DNA from: Macrostomum lignano
Taxonomy: Eukaryota
Length of the DNA stretch: 64,000 nt
Direction of reading: 5' to 3'
NCBI GenBank assembly: GCA_002269645.1
Contig: NIVC01001087.1
Coordinates: 209,301-273,300, forward strand
This document shows, piece by piece, positions 47,284-60,335 of this stretch. Position 1 is the stretch's first letter; each line of letters opens with the position of its first letter. The notes below the pieces were generated by a model. That model saw only the letters and a program-made list of their open reading frames with translations, was not told the DNA's origin and searched no databases. The position numbers were made by a program, and so were the translations under genes.

Positions 47284-50200
47284 TTAGCCAATGCTAGACC
47301 ACTGGAAGTAGCTGTTCCAGCCTTCGCCGCCAGGATCCCGTCGTCTGGAGGCTTCAGCAGCCGCCGCGGCGGCCGCATCGTCGGCAGCCGCTTTAGCCAA
47401 TCTCTGCTGCTCATCTGTGCTCAACTGCAGCATAGTGTTCAACACAGGCAACAGCTGATGGCGTTCCTGTCTGAGCGTTAGAAATTGTAGCACAATATTT
47501 TTTAGATATTCCAAATTGCGCAACGAGTTATTGCGCTCCGCGTTGCGCTCTTGTCGACGGATTTCTTCTTTGAGAACGCGAGCCTGTTCGGCCAGGCGCA
47601 CGGACATCTCTTCGGACTCGCTTAGCAACGAGGTCAGGTGCTCGATTCGTCTGAGTAGTGAGACACAGAGAGAGAGGATATGCAGTCAGTTATATCGAAA
47701 GTGTGAACACTCAAAACTAAGGTAAGATTTACTCTGATTGAAAATCTGAGAAAAGTACTGGGGGTGTCAATGCGGAACTGACGGGGAGCGGAGCTAAAAA
47801 AGTTTGTGTACAATGACACTAGTGCAGTGTGACACTAGTGCAGTGTGACACTAGTGCAGTGTGACACTAGTGCAGTGTGACACTAGTGCAGTGTGACACT
47901 AGTGAACTATGACACCAGTACACTATGACACCAGTACACTATGACACTAGCACACCATGACACTTTGACCCTAGTACTCGTACACTATGACACTATGACA
48001 CTAGCACACTATGAGTCATGACACTATGACACTAGCACACTATGAGTCATGACACTATGACACTAGCACATTATGAGTCATGACACTATGACACTAGCAC
48101 ATTATGAGTCATGACACTATGACACTAGCACACTATGAGTCATGACACTATGACACTAGTACAGTATGACACTATGACACTAGCATGACAATACTATGGT
48201 CAATAAACAACATACCTGTTGGCTTTAATTAAAGCCAGTCGCATGGCATCAACAGATTCAAAATCAGCAGTTGCACCGCTGCCACCGCTGCTGTTGCCGT
48301 CCTGTTGCAGTTTCTGCTGCTGCATCAGAAGCAGCTGCTCTAACGGAACAATACTCGATCCGCTAGGCGACGAGGTGGCTGCGGAAGTAGCGGAGGCAGC
48401 GGAAACGGAAGTCGTGGCCTCGCTTCCTTCAGCAGCTGGTCGACGTTCCTCCGGCGGAGGAGGAGGCGGTGCCGGTGCCGGTGGCGGCGGAGTCTGCGGC
48501 GGATGGCTTTGTTTTTGCTGTTGCTGTTGCTGTTGAATTTTTTCTTTTGCAGCGGCAGCGGCGGCGTTAGCTTTATCAGCTACGCACTGCAGCTCGTGAT
48601 TGGCCTCTTCTAGGCTGTCTACACGAGACTCGAGCTCGGCGATGCGCTCGCGCAAGCCGGCCTCCAGCTGGGACCAGGCCTGCTCGCGGGACTGCGGATG
48701 GGGGAGAGCGGAGCCGGGCTTACTTGGTTTGATAATTGACTAATAGGAGCACCACGATTTGCCACGTAGTAATAGTAGATTAGCAGCTGGGAAGATCTGA
48801 GGATCTGAGACAATAGCGACTGCTCAGCAACCAAGGATGATATTTTATGATCACTTCAGTGTCCCTATTTTCACTCTACGGACAATCCAATCTCACTCTG
48901 CACCGATGAGGACTCCGGGCGGTGGTAGCGCAGCAACTGGAGATCTGAGAGGCTGGCCCTGCAACTGACACTCTGGGAGGCTGGCCTAGCAACTGACACT
49001 CTGGGAGGCTGGCCCAGCAACTGACACACTGGGAGGCTGGCCCAGCAACTGACACTCTGGGAGGCTGGCCCAGCAACTGACACTCTGGGAGGCTGGCCCA
49101 GCAACTGACACTCTGGGAGGCTGGCCCAGCAACTGACACTCTGGGAGGCTGGCCCAGCAACTGACACTCTGGGAGGCTGGCCCAGCAACTGACACTCTGG
49201 GAGGCTGGCCCAGCAACTGACACTCTGGGAGGCTGGCCCAGCAACTGACACTCTGGGAGGCTGGCCCAGCAACTGACACTCTGGGAGGCTGGCCCAGCAA
49301 CTGACACTCTGGGAGGCTGGCCCAGCAACTGACACTCTGGGAGGCTGGCCCAGCAACTGACACTCTGGGAGGCTGGCCCAGCAACTGACACTCTGGGAGG
49401 CTGGCCCAGCAACTGACACTCTGGGAGGCTGGCCCAGCAACTGACACTCTGGGAGGCTGGCCCAGCAACTGACACTCTGGGAGGCTGGCCCAGCAACTGA
49501 CACTCTGGGAGGCTGGCCCAGCAACTGACACACTGGGCAGGCTGGCCCAGCAACTGAAGATCCCAGCAACTGAAGGGAGGGTGCTCACCTGCATTTCCAG
49601 CCGAGCCCGCTCGCCCGCCCGCGCTTCAGCCTCAGCCAGCTGGTCCAGCCGGGCCTGAAGCCGCGCCTCGCGTGCCGCAGCCTCGGCTTCGCGCGTTTCG
49701 CCACGCCGTCGTTGAGCATCGAGTTCGCGCGCAACCGCGTCCCGCTCGTCTTGAGCGTCTGCGGTGGCGGCCTGCGAAGCGGCCAGCTGCTCCTTGAGAC
49801 TGGCAACGGCCTGTTCGAGTCGTTGACGGAGCAGCTCGGAATCAGCCGCGTCGGACTCGCCACCAGTGGCCGACTTTGTTGTCGACACGTTGGCAGCAGC
49901 CGACGTCTTGGCTGCGATTGGCTGGCGCTTTTCGGCGCGCCATGCGGCCGACACTTTTGTTTTGTAGGCGTCGAAGTCCTCGGCAAGAGTTTGACGGGCC
50001 TGCGATGAAGGTCGGGGAGCATTGGGGGCTGTAACTTTTTGGAGTTTAATGAAGCGAGCCATGGGAGACTTCCCACATGTCTTGACCCCTACGATTCCGG
50101 ACACTGCAACCTGTCTGATCCAGCGCGAAAAACATTCTTACCTAAGTACCTAGTGAATATTATATTTTTGTTCTAACTAACTTTTCTAACTTTTAGTTCT

Positions 50201-53200
50201 TACTAACTCAAAAGTCAAAACCAAGACACAAGATAGACACGCACCTGCTCAGCTTGCTCTAGTTTAGCTCTAGCAGCGTTAAGCTTCTCTTCCGTAGCCT
50301 GCAAGCGCGCCTGAAACCGATTCTTAGTATTAGTTAACTCTTGGTCTGTGGAAACCTTCAGAGCTAACGCAGACGAAAGCTGCAATTTTAGGTCGTCAAT
50401 TTCAGAGGTCAGACAGTCACGCTCTCTAATTGAGTCGCGTGAGCGTTCCTCCGTTTCTTGCATTGACTTCTGCACTTCAGCCAACTCTTTTTTGCTTTTC
50501 ACCAGCATCTGCTTTAACTTGCCTACTCGCTCCTCGGATGCAGCTCGTTGTGACTGAGCTTCTTGTAACTGAGTTTCCAAGCTGCGACAAGACTCCGTCA
50601 TGGTTGCTAACTCATTAACCTTTTCAGCCAATACAGCTTCCTTATCGTCGAGAAGATTTTTATAAACGTCAACGTTTCGCTCCAGCTCGGCTAGTTCAAG
50701 ATCAAGCATCTTTGATTGGCTGACGCCGGTCTGCGCCGCTTCCAACCTTTCCTGCAATAGATTAACTTCGAGTTCGTGAGCTCTAGTAGATTCTTCAAGT
50801 TCGCGTTTCACTTTCTTTAATTCTTCCTCGGCAGCTGTTCGGTCGGACATCTGCTGATCAAGTTGCATTTTGGCAACGCTCAGCTCTTTTTCTAGCGCCG
50901 TCAGACGAGCTTTTAACTGGCCAGACTCGGAGCGCGCCTGCTCAAGCTGCTCCTTGGCCGGACCAGATTCTCGTTTTAATTTTACAATTAGCTGCTTCAT
51001 CTTGTCTAATTTGTCAGCGCTGGCCACTTCGCGCTGATGTAGAGCATCGTGAGCTTCACGCAAGCTGGAATTTTCAGCTTCCAAAGCGGAAACTCGTGAC
51101 TGAGCTTCATCCGTATCTCCGGCACGATTGGAATAGTTCACAAACTCGTCGTTAAGGCGCTGAATTTCGCTATCTCTTGCCGCCAGCTCGTGGCGCAGAG
51201 TAATCTGCAATCGTTCCAACTGTTCTTCCTTCGTGCTGACACAGCGTCGAAGATCGCGCAACTCTTCCTGTAGGAAGGATTCTTTCTCCTCGGCGCGGTT
51301 CTGCCATTCGCGGAGCTCACTTTGCAGGTTACTTTTCTCCATTTCAACGTCGCGAGCAATGCTTACTTGGCTTTCTACGGCTTGTTGCAATGTGTCCACC
51401 TCTTCAGCTAACTTATCACGTCGGCGAACCAATTCGTCGTATTGTTCAACACGCGACTGCAATTCCTCTTCAAGGTGGTTGCACTTGTTAGTTAATCGAT
51501 CAACACCATCCTTTAACAACTCGGCACCAGACAGCTTATTAGCCAGAGGTTCCAGGACTGATTTAAGTTGCTGGATATTGTCTGGACTAAGAGCTTCATC
51601 TGATAAAGGCGAAAGAAGTTCTTGAAAGTCAATTGTCTGTCTCTGGCTGGCAACCTGACTGAGGTTTTCCAATATATCTATTAATGATTCCAGCAAACGT
51701 GGCTCACTGCCTTTTACATCCTCCTTTAGAACGGCAATGTCAGACTGAAATGTGGCTAATAGTTCTTTAAGTTGCGTGTTCTCAGCTTCGAGGGTCTCTT
51801 GTCGCCGATCGGACTCGGCAAGCATATCGCTAGACGCATCTAACCTCCGTTCCAGCGATCTTATCTGCTTCTCCAAGCAGGAGACCTGGTCTAATAGCTC
51901 CTCTCTTTCATTAATGATATCTTGAAAATTTTCATCGGGATCTTTCTCTGAAGTCTCAGACTGTTCTTTCTTCGACAGCAGCATCACATTTTCTTCTCTT
52001 AATCGAATAATTTCCTCTTGCAGGTTAGATAACTCGACACTTGCTTCAGGGTCAGTAGTCGAGCTGGGATTCAAAGATGCCGCATCAGCTGATGTGCTCT
52101 CTTCTCCTTCACCCTCCGGTCGTGGACCTAATAAAGCCTCCAATTCTTCTTTTGACTTGGCCAACTTAGCATTGTCGTCATACAATTTCATATTTAATTC
52201 GAGCAGTTTGTCAACTTCGGCGGCATACCTGTCTCGATCGGCGTTGGCTTCTTCAAGTTCGAGTCTTATACTTGAAACTTCGGGCGTACTGTCAGTTGGC
52301 TCGACTTGGCCACTGATTTTATTGTCATCACCTTGGCTGGATTCATCTTTTAGCCTGGAAATTTCTTCACTGAGTCGATTATTTTCACTTGTTAACTGAT
52401 CCCGTTCGATTTCATGTGCATTAGAAACTTCAACAAGTTTCGCCTTAAGCCTCTTTATTTCCTCGTTCAACTCGTCACGATCGTCCTCAACTAAGGTAGC
52501 TGCGCTAGAGTTGGCTTCAAGCTCCGCTTTTAATCGAGAAACTTCATTGCTAAGCGCATCCCTCTCACGTTGCAATTCATTCAGCTGAACGTTACTGGAA
52601 TTAGCTGATTCAAGCTCTATCTTCAATTCTTGAATTTCTTCGGCAAGCTCATTGTTCTTGAGCTTCAAACACTCAGCATCACTGCTAGCAGTTTTAATCA
52701 GAGTCTGAAGACGAGAGACTTCTTCAGTGAGGTTAACGTTTTCATTTCGAACGCTTTCCAACTGATCGTGACTTGCACATTCGGCTTCTAATTGTGCTTT
52801 CATGCTGTCAACCTGCTTAAGAAGTTCTACATTCTCAAGCTTGACAGACTCTGTAGTGGCAACTGCTGATTCCAATTCGACTTTTAAGCGCGAAACCTTA
52901 CTAACTAGCTCAGTGTTCTCACTATTTCCCATGGTTTTCACTGTCTCAAGTTCTGAGTTCATTTTGGCAATTTCTTCTGTTAGTTCACTCGTTCTAAGCT
53001 TTTCCGAATCAACACTTGCATTCGCGACGTCTATTTCTGCTTTTAAGCCAGCCAACTCATTAATAAGCTGGTCATTTTGACTTTTGAGACTGTCGTTAAT
53101 AGCATCAGAGTCGGTCTTTGCATGCTTAAGAGCTTCATTTTCAGCATTCAAGGCTTCGATCTCAGATTTCAATCGAGTTATTTCATCTGTCAACTGGGAA

Positions 53201-54132
53201 TTAGACTCTCGAATGCTGGCCAATTCACTAGCCGCATCAGTTGATGTTTCAAGCTCAGTGCGCATACGGCCAACCTCTTTCAATGCTTCGTCTCTCTCGA
53301 AACTGACAGCGTCAGCAGTGCTTTTAGTTGATTCAATTTGAGCCTGAAGCTGCGAAAACTCGTTGCGAAGTTCCAGATTTTCAGCTCTCAAAATAGAAAC
53401 TTGTTCTTCATTGTCACATGCAGTCTCTAGTTGGCTCTTCATTCGATTAATTTGAGAGAGTGCATCGTCTCTCTCCTGCCGAATAGAGTTCAACTCAGAA
53501 GCAGCAGCATCAGCGCTTGCTTTCAGATTGGCAATTTCTTTACTAAGTTCTTCCTTTTCGTGTTGGACAGCCTCCAGCCGCCCAACCTCGGATTTCAACT
53601 CATTGATTTGATCCAAAAGTGAATTATTCTCTTCTTGAGACTCAAACTGCGATTTTAAACTTGCAATTTCTTTAATCAGTTGAGCATTTTCTTGATTCAA
53701 ATTGGTGTCATTAGCTTTCAGTGCGTCAATTTGTTGTTTTACGGCGGCTAGTTCATCTTTAAGCGTAGAGTTTTCTCGCTTAACATCTTCAACGCGACAA
53801 TCGGTACTAGACTGAGCATCATCAACTTGCTTTGTCAAACTCACAACCTGATCCTTCAGTTGAGCATTCTCATGCTTTAGGCTGTCTAATTGACGCTTAG
53901 CATCATCGAAAGCGTCGGCATCAACTTGCAGGTCTCCGATTGTAGCCGACAGTCTGGCTAGCTGGTCAGTCAGCTGGTCTCGCTCAGTCTGGCACTTGTC
54001 AAAACTGGACTTTAATTCGGCGTTAGCCTTCTTCTCTTTGATTACCATAGCTTTGAGCTTGTTAATCTTGTCTTCAGATTGGCGAAACTTTGCTTCCATA
54101 TCGTCCTGTGCAGTGGAAGACGTTGAAGACAT
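47284..54132 (-). CDS. GCC2: GRIP and coiled-coil domain-containing protein 2 (GCC185), 4 coding exons, ~1713 aa
   Basis: Exons 54132-50245, 49999-49589, 48691-48216, 47650-47284, phase-consistent. Long coiled coil, EDFDAYKTKV, and C-terminal GRIP domain LEYLKNIVLQFL...LLPVLNTMLQLS with a GWNSYF tail. Start codon tentative. Confidence 0.9.
47812..48195. repeat. Compound 16-32 bp minisatellite (gacactagtgcagtgt / gacactatgacactagcacactatgagtcat), last GCC2 intron
   Basis: Tandem units visible. Confidence 0.92.
48930..49575. repeat. 28-bp minisatellite family, locus D, ~23 units, almost all gagtgt variant, GCC2 intron
   Basis: Starts ~15 bp after the GTGAGC donor at 49588. Confidence 0.97.
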
Positions 54133-57100
54133 AATGATGCTGTCTCGGTCTTCGAATTGCGACAGCTTAATTTATCGAAGGCTTTATCTCTCTGCTGAAC
54201 TTTTGTTGGCCACCTTCGACGGAAAACTGAGATTTAAGGAAATCAAGGTTATTAGTTATATTTAATTTTGAATACAATAATTAAGAACAAAAAAGTGTTA
54301 AGAAAAGCGCACTCTGTAAGAGACATAAGAGACTTGAAATAATTTTCAAGGACTAAATATTGCCTGTTAAAATATCACTTACAGGTGATTCAAAATAAAG
54401 TTGAAAATAGTAATTTATAATAGCTGTTTACAGATAGTCGTAGAATGTAGTTAAATGATAGCTAATTGTCGAGTAAGGAGACAAGAAAACAAAAGTAGAG
54501 AACTTGGAAAACGTGAACTAAAGCCTGTGGGTGTAATTCTTACAGAAATCAATAACCGTTTCTGCGTTAATAAAAAGTAGGAATTTAATGGACCGCTATA
54601 AGTTTAAAATGGAAATAAACAAGAAATCTAACACACTAACCATAGCTTCAAAAAATAATACCAAATCTACTATTTTTGCTTATATATTTTAAAACACAAA
54701 AAAACGATTTAGACAATTAGTTACCGAAACTTTATTCAAGAAACTGCTGAAAAAAAGTTTTAGTTAATGTTTTCTATCCAACATACTCAAAAATACTTAA
54801 GACAATTAATTTTCGCAGAGAGTAGGTTACTCATTACTGCAACTAAGAAAACTATTAGATTTACTGAACTTTTAATCCAAGAGACCGCTGCCGATTGGTT
54901 ATTTAAAAATACCTTGTACTTACATCTCTACGAATGTAGTTCAAGAGAATTGAACGTTCTAGAATAAGGTGCAGCAACTGTTGCAGTTAAAAAAATACAT
55001 TTAAAACGATTTAATAAAAATATCGATAACAATAAAGTGAAACAGCAAACTCTAATTAATAAACAATATAATTGAAGCGTCAATAACTAGATTGCCAAAA
55101 CGATAAGAATAAAAAGCTGGCAGTGAACGTAAGATACTCCAAAATATTACACTGAAATTTATAAGCAAGTTTCCATAATCATTCGTGCGGCATTAAGAAT
55201 CAGCTGATTTGTGTGACCTTAAATGACCTTTCGTTTGCAAGTTAAAAAACAAAATTGAAATGATTTAAAGTCTTAATTGAAGTTTCGTGTACCAGATAGT
55301 GACATAAAATAACGTGGTGAAAGTTACAAAGTAAATTAAACATTACAATAAGCGGGATCGAATAATATAGGCAATTTATCCTCATAAGAAACCGCGACCA
55401 CACAATAAACGTATTATTAATGGATACATTAGGTTATGTTTTTATTAGAACTAAATGAGCCATAACAACTATTGATACATAATATATAGGAATATTGGCC
55501 CATTAAGATTCTTTTAACCGAAATTTCTAGGCTTAAATAATAAATAATACATACGAGCATACGTACTGAATAAAATATGGGATTTAATAGCGCGAATGAC
55601 GAACAAACACGCAAGGACAGGAGAGATACAGAAAAATGACAGCAAATGTCACTGGTTGGTTTGCTTTCATCCGAGAGAGAACTTAAAAATCGCTTCTACA
55701 ATTAGAAGGATTATTAATTAAGGGCAATTATTTCAACAAAAAATAAGCAACACATTAATTGACAGACCATATCAATCAGTAGAATCTGGAGTAAACATTG
55801 AAATTATTATTTTTTTAAATTAAACTTAATCAAAACAATCAGCTACACTACATTATAAGCACATCGATGGATTTGCGTAATGGCGCTTCTATTAGAATAA
55901 CAAAAATAGACACACTGTAAACATCTATAGTTTTGGCGAAAAATTGAAAATAACAAACAAAAAAATATTGCTCAATTTCGGAGTGAGTGATAAGCGACTA
56001 TATTAAAGAGCTATGCAGAAGCTAAATAGCGCTACAAATTGTTTCTTACATTGATGTATATATATACGACGGAATCTAAATAAAACAACCGTTTATTCTT
56101 TACTTTTCGAATTAGCTAGAAAAATACGCATTGACTCTACTTAGAATGGTCAGCGTCTGATTGGAGTTTTTTGGATAAATTTACGATGCCAAGTTAAAGA
56201 ATCTTCTTGTAAATAACTTCAGGTTATTGATGAAGTGTAAAATCAACCTTTGCCAAGCGTATTTACGAGCTGACAATTACAAATAAACGACGCAAGTTAT
56301 TGTCCGAGTAAAGCAGCATCACTGCACGTGACCTCAGAGGTCGATGATGGATCACCACCTCAGTGGCATTTATTGGTCGTCACATCGCGAATTGCAGTTT
56401 ACCTTCTCCACTCTAGTTATCAATAAAATTAGAGCACCACGGGGTATTCAGATACTTAAGCATGCACGAAAGAAATGCATGAATTCAAATTCAGTAATTT
56501 CTTGTATAGAATTTACTTATTTCTACTAAGTTATTAAAAATCCTAAATATGGTACTACAAGTATGCTGCTAATGAGTTACGCATTTTGCTGTTTGGCCAA
56601 CACTAACCTAGCGCGTGGGAACGCTAGGTTGCTAGTCTATTTTTTAACAAGAAACACTTACTTAAAATTCTAATTGATAATTAAGGTAAAAAACATAAAG
56701 AGAAAATGTACTACTGGTTAAATAAAACCACACTTAGTCAAGCGTTTTATTGAATTGTTTATTAACCAATTATAAAAAAAGCACACGAATTGCACGTAAA
56801 TGCAATTTTGTATATAATAATACGAAACAAATGTATATAAAAGCAAAATTAATATAATACAAGACCGCGTTTAGTTGCGACGCAAAATTTAAAAAAGCAA
56901 TGAAAAAAAGAAAAAATCACGTGAATAATAAAATTAATTGTTATTAATAAAATGCCATTGACGTTTGTAACGCTATGAGGAAACAATTGACTACTTAAAG
57001 TAAAAGCCAAACTGCCAATGCTTGGAACGCTGGGAAAAAATTGCAGCGACGACACTCTGACGACAAGCAACGACAGCCCTGTCGATTCACTATTGATTTG

Positions 57101-57337
57101 CTAAAATAAGTATGATTTGTTCAACTCAGTAGTATCGTTCAAATGCGCGCTTCCAAATCTGATTTACTGCCTGCTTTCTATCTGCCTTGATTGGTCGACT
57201 GCCAATGGCGACGACAGGGTGACTAGTCGTCAACTTCTCGTCATCAACCTGTCGTCGCTGAATTTTTCCCAGCGGAAGATACAGTATCTAAGCTGTTTCC
57301 AGGAAAAAAACACGATTTACTTGCTAGCGATCTTGGA

Positions 57338-58261
57338 CTAACCGTTTCCACAGAGTTGGCCGTTGACCGCTCCCATTGCGTCGTAAGATTTTCGGCGTTT
57401 TTTAGCCTCCAACAGCCCGCCGCTCGGATTAGTGTTCTCATTAGAAACTCGAGGGATTCCCTGTTTCCTCTTTTGGATCGGTAGAATCCGCTGGCTGGGC
57501 GGCAGGGCGAAAAAACGCAACCTCTGTGGCATCGGCACAGACGGGTAGGCGCCGTGAAAGCAGAGGAACTCTAAGAAATCGCCAGTACGAACCGGATTTC
57601 CGGTGCCAGGATCTACGCAAAGCTGCGGCTCAATCTGAGCAGCCTCGCTAAGACGTCTAACGGACGCGAAGCCGGAATTTCCGTAAGTTGACGATGGAAA
57701 TGAGATTCGACTTTTTTGGTTAGACTTTTTATTGTCGATTGCAGTGACAGAAAAATTCGATTCCGACATTGTTCGCTTTCGTCGACTGAAGTTACTACTG
57801 AAACCGGAAGTGCCGAAATTGGGACCGGAAGTCACACCGGAAGTGATACTATTGGAACCGGAAGTGCCGCAATTTGGACCGGAAGTCACGCCGGAAGTGG
57901 TACAACTGGAACCGGAAGTGCCGCTATCAGAACCGGAAGTCACACCGGAAGTGCTATTAGAACTCGAATCGCGCATACTACGCAACAGAGCGCGACGCAG
58001 TTGTATTTCTTCTGTCCATAGCAGACCAAGAAAGCTGGATGAAGAATTCGATGCAGACGATGTCGAGTGGACGACAACTGTAGATGAAGATGTAGAGATT
58101 GACGAGGAGGCTGAAGCCTCAGCCAACTCGCGCGATCTGGTTCTTGGTCGGCGATTCTGGAACGGAAATAAACAAGAAAAGATACTTGTATATACTTGCA
58201 TTATAAATAATAATGCCGTATACTCAAATCATAAGATGCTTCACCATGTCTTAACCGCCAT
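57338..58261 (-). CDS. JARID2 N-terminal-region-like protein (~274 aa); no JmjN/ARID/JmjC visible
   Basis: Exon 58156-57338, with a possible 6-nt ATG exon at 58261-58256. LWTEEIQLRRALLRSMRD resembles JARID2 PWSEERVVRKVLYLSLKE, and GDFLEFLCFHG...RFF resembles EDFLTFLCLRG...VYF, in the same order (recalled from memory). A GTTAGT near 57344 could allow further exons. Confidence 0.6.
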
Positions 58262-58946
58262 TTAGCGACTCTATAAATAAGGATGAAAATGAGAATAGAA
58301 AAAATAATGCAAAGAAAGTTCATAAAAACGTTACAGAAAAACAATAACTAAATATTTTTTATTGTTATCATAATTGAGAAATGCTTTAACACTTTTATTA
58401 TTAACTTTAGTTTTTGTTGTTAAGCTACTAAAAACAGGTGTGAAGTTTTTGAATTTAGCGCATTCTACAGATGCTAGAATAACTTTATGGTCCACTCAGC
58501 ACATTAGCGTGTAAGCTACTTTCAGTTCAGTAGTAAGTTAAACAGAAGCATTTTAATGTATTTTAAATCCAAGGCTCAATAATATATTGTGGCTCTTAAC
58601 CCCCCTCCAAAACCCTCCAATCGCGCTCTTTCTACACTACCCCCCCGCCCCGCCCCAATTTTTATTGCCTTTCGGAATTCCAGCCTAAAGCTGCCATGTA
58701 CATTTCAGTGGACAGCTGGCTAATGTACATTATTGCTGAACCAATTAGCAAGTTGTTTACGCGCCTGCAAGCTTGGGCTTCTAAACTTATCAAAGTCATT
58801 TTAGCTGCCTTTATTAGCTTACGTAGTCTTCTTTGCTACTGAACTGCAAGTAGAAAGCTGCTTTACCAAGTATACATGCCTGGGTGGCCCATCCAGTTAT
58901 TTTAATATCTGTGGTGTATTCAAACAGTGTCACACTTGAGTCCTAA

Positions 58947-59830
58947 TTAATACCAAAATGTTTCCCGCCTTGGCCCAGGCTCTGGCAAGTTCATTTCTGC
59001 GTCAATCTCTTCTTCAAATGTTCTGCTACTAGGCCGATAGGTGGCGTTGAGCAGGTCGGCTTCAGGCGTATCGTGCTGCTCATTCAGCAGGTACTGACTA
59101 GGCCTAGTCTGGTCGTCAAGAGTCTCCCACTCCAACGGTAGGGGTATAATACGCCCGTAGCCAAAGCGACTCGAACAAGTTCGCCAGCTTCATTTTGACG
59201 CCATTCGGCTTTAGTAGGCTGTTGAGTTTTCGGGTCTAGCAGAGACAGACTGTCCAGACTGATTAGATTGGCAACAGTCCCCAGCTGGTTTGGCGAATTG
59301 CCCTGCTGAACATAATCAATATTCAGGCCAGAAACTATGGCGGCTCGTTGCATTCGTTGAATATAGATCACGCGACCGGAGCGCATCTCGCCGGAAGCTA
59401 CAGCGGAAGCGTTCACACAATCGGGATGCTTAGGATCTGTTACTACCACGATGTCACCCGGATAGATGGTCTGATCCTGCCAGGTAAGACCATTGATTCG
59501 CTGGGCCCGGCGTCTACCGTCTGGGTACTGCACAGTCCAGGTGACATCCGGGTACACATACTCGGCTATGGTGTTAGCCTGATCCCACGGATACTGCTCG
59601 CTAAATGACCAATTAGGATAGCCCTTATCTGTGGCGCCAAACAGTCGCCGATTAACTAAATCTTTCTGCTGATGAGGCTTCGAGTCTGGCAAGCCGAAGT
59701 ACATAGACTGAGGCTGAGGCACAGCCAATTTGTAGCCTAATAATTCGCCGCAGTATTTCACCTGCATACGCAGCAGCCGGCTGATGTAGCGCGGCCAGTA
59801 TTGAAATTCGGCACCGCGTGGAACCTTCAT
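58947..59830 (-). CDS. MRPL24: Mitochondrial ribosomal protein L24 (uL24m), intronless, with an apparent 1-nt frameshift near 59155
   Basis: KOW-type IYPGDIVVV...GRVIYI...IVSGLN, SLLDPKTQQPTKAEWRQNEAGELVRVA in one frame, then RIIPLP-EWET...DT...TFEEEI...RRETFWY* in a frame shifted by one base. Confidence 0.85.
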
Positions 59831-59997
59831 GCAATTGGATTGTGGAGAAAAGGGGGATGTAATCCTTTGTTCACTTCGTTTCACTTCGGTTCAATTAGGC
59901 TAAATTTTTACTGCATTGCTGAGACAGTGCAACGCCTAACCTTAAAATTTCTATTGCAGCTCAGCTAGATGGACCGTCTACGTTTTGTGACCACCAA

Positions 59998-60335
59998 GGG
60001 GCCGTAGCCTAGTGGTCTAGCGAGGCGCTCTGATGTACTAGCGGCCCAGGCTCGATTCCAAGAGCCGTCACATTAATTTAAAGGGCTAAATTGGAATCTT
60101 GGTTTGGCTCTGCTCGTGCATTTAACGCCCAGCTTGTGGGCCAACCCCCAAGGCACAGTGAAGTGTACATGCCTAACGGTAAGTAAAGTGAGGGCCGCTG
60201 TATACTCCGCTATGTGTGCCTGCTTAGTGGAGTCGGCGGAATGTGCAGTAATGCCTCTCGCTGGTTGTGCGACAATGGAGACATAGTGCGCCTTCATCCA
60301 TGGCCAGGATGCATACACTGCCTCTAACTATTAAA
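59998..60335 (+). mobile_element. tRNA-derived SINE (family 2), apparently the longer copy
   Basis: gggccgtagcctagtggtctagcg (A box), ggctcgattcc (B box), homologous to 44085-44203. 3' boundary approximate. Confidence 0.6.

Noticed and set aside
50348-54265. Many short + strand and alternate-frame ORFs over the GCC2 giant exon
   Set aside because: Antisense shadows of a coiled-coil coding sequence.
54270-57100. Additional exons (e.g. 54927-54961 ERSILLNYIRRD; 56250-56410)
   Set aside because: Splice-like signals exist but no coherent model or recognisable domain; GCC2 is already about full length from ATG 54132.
57732-58265. + strand 177-aa ORF with PEVT repeats
   Set aside because: Antisense to the TSG repeats of the minus-strand JARID2-like exon, which has the conserved motifs and a good acceptor.
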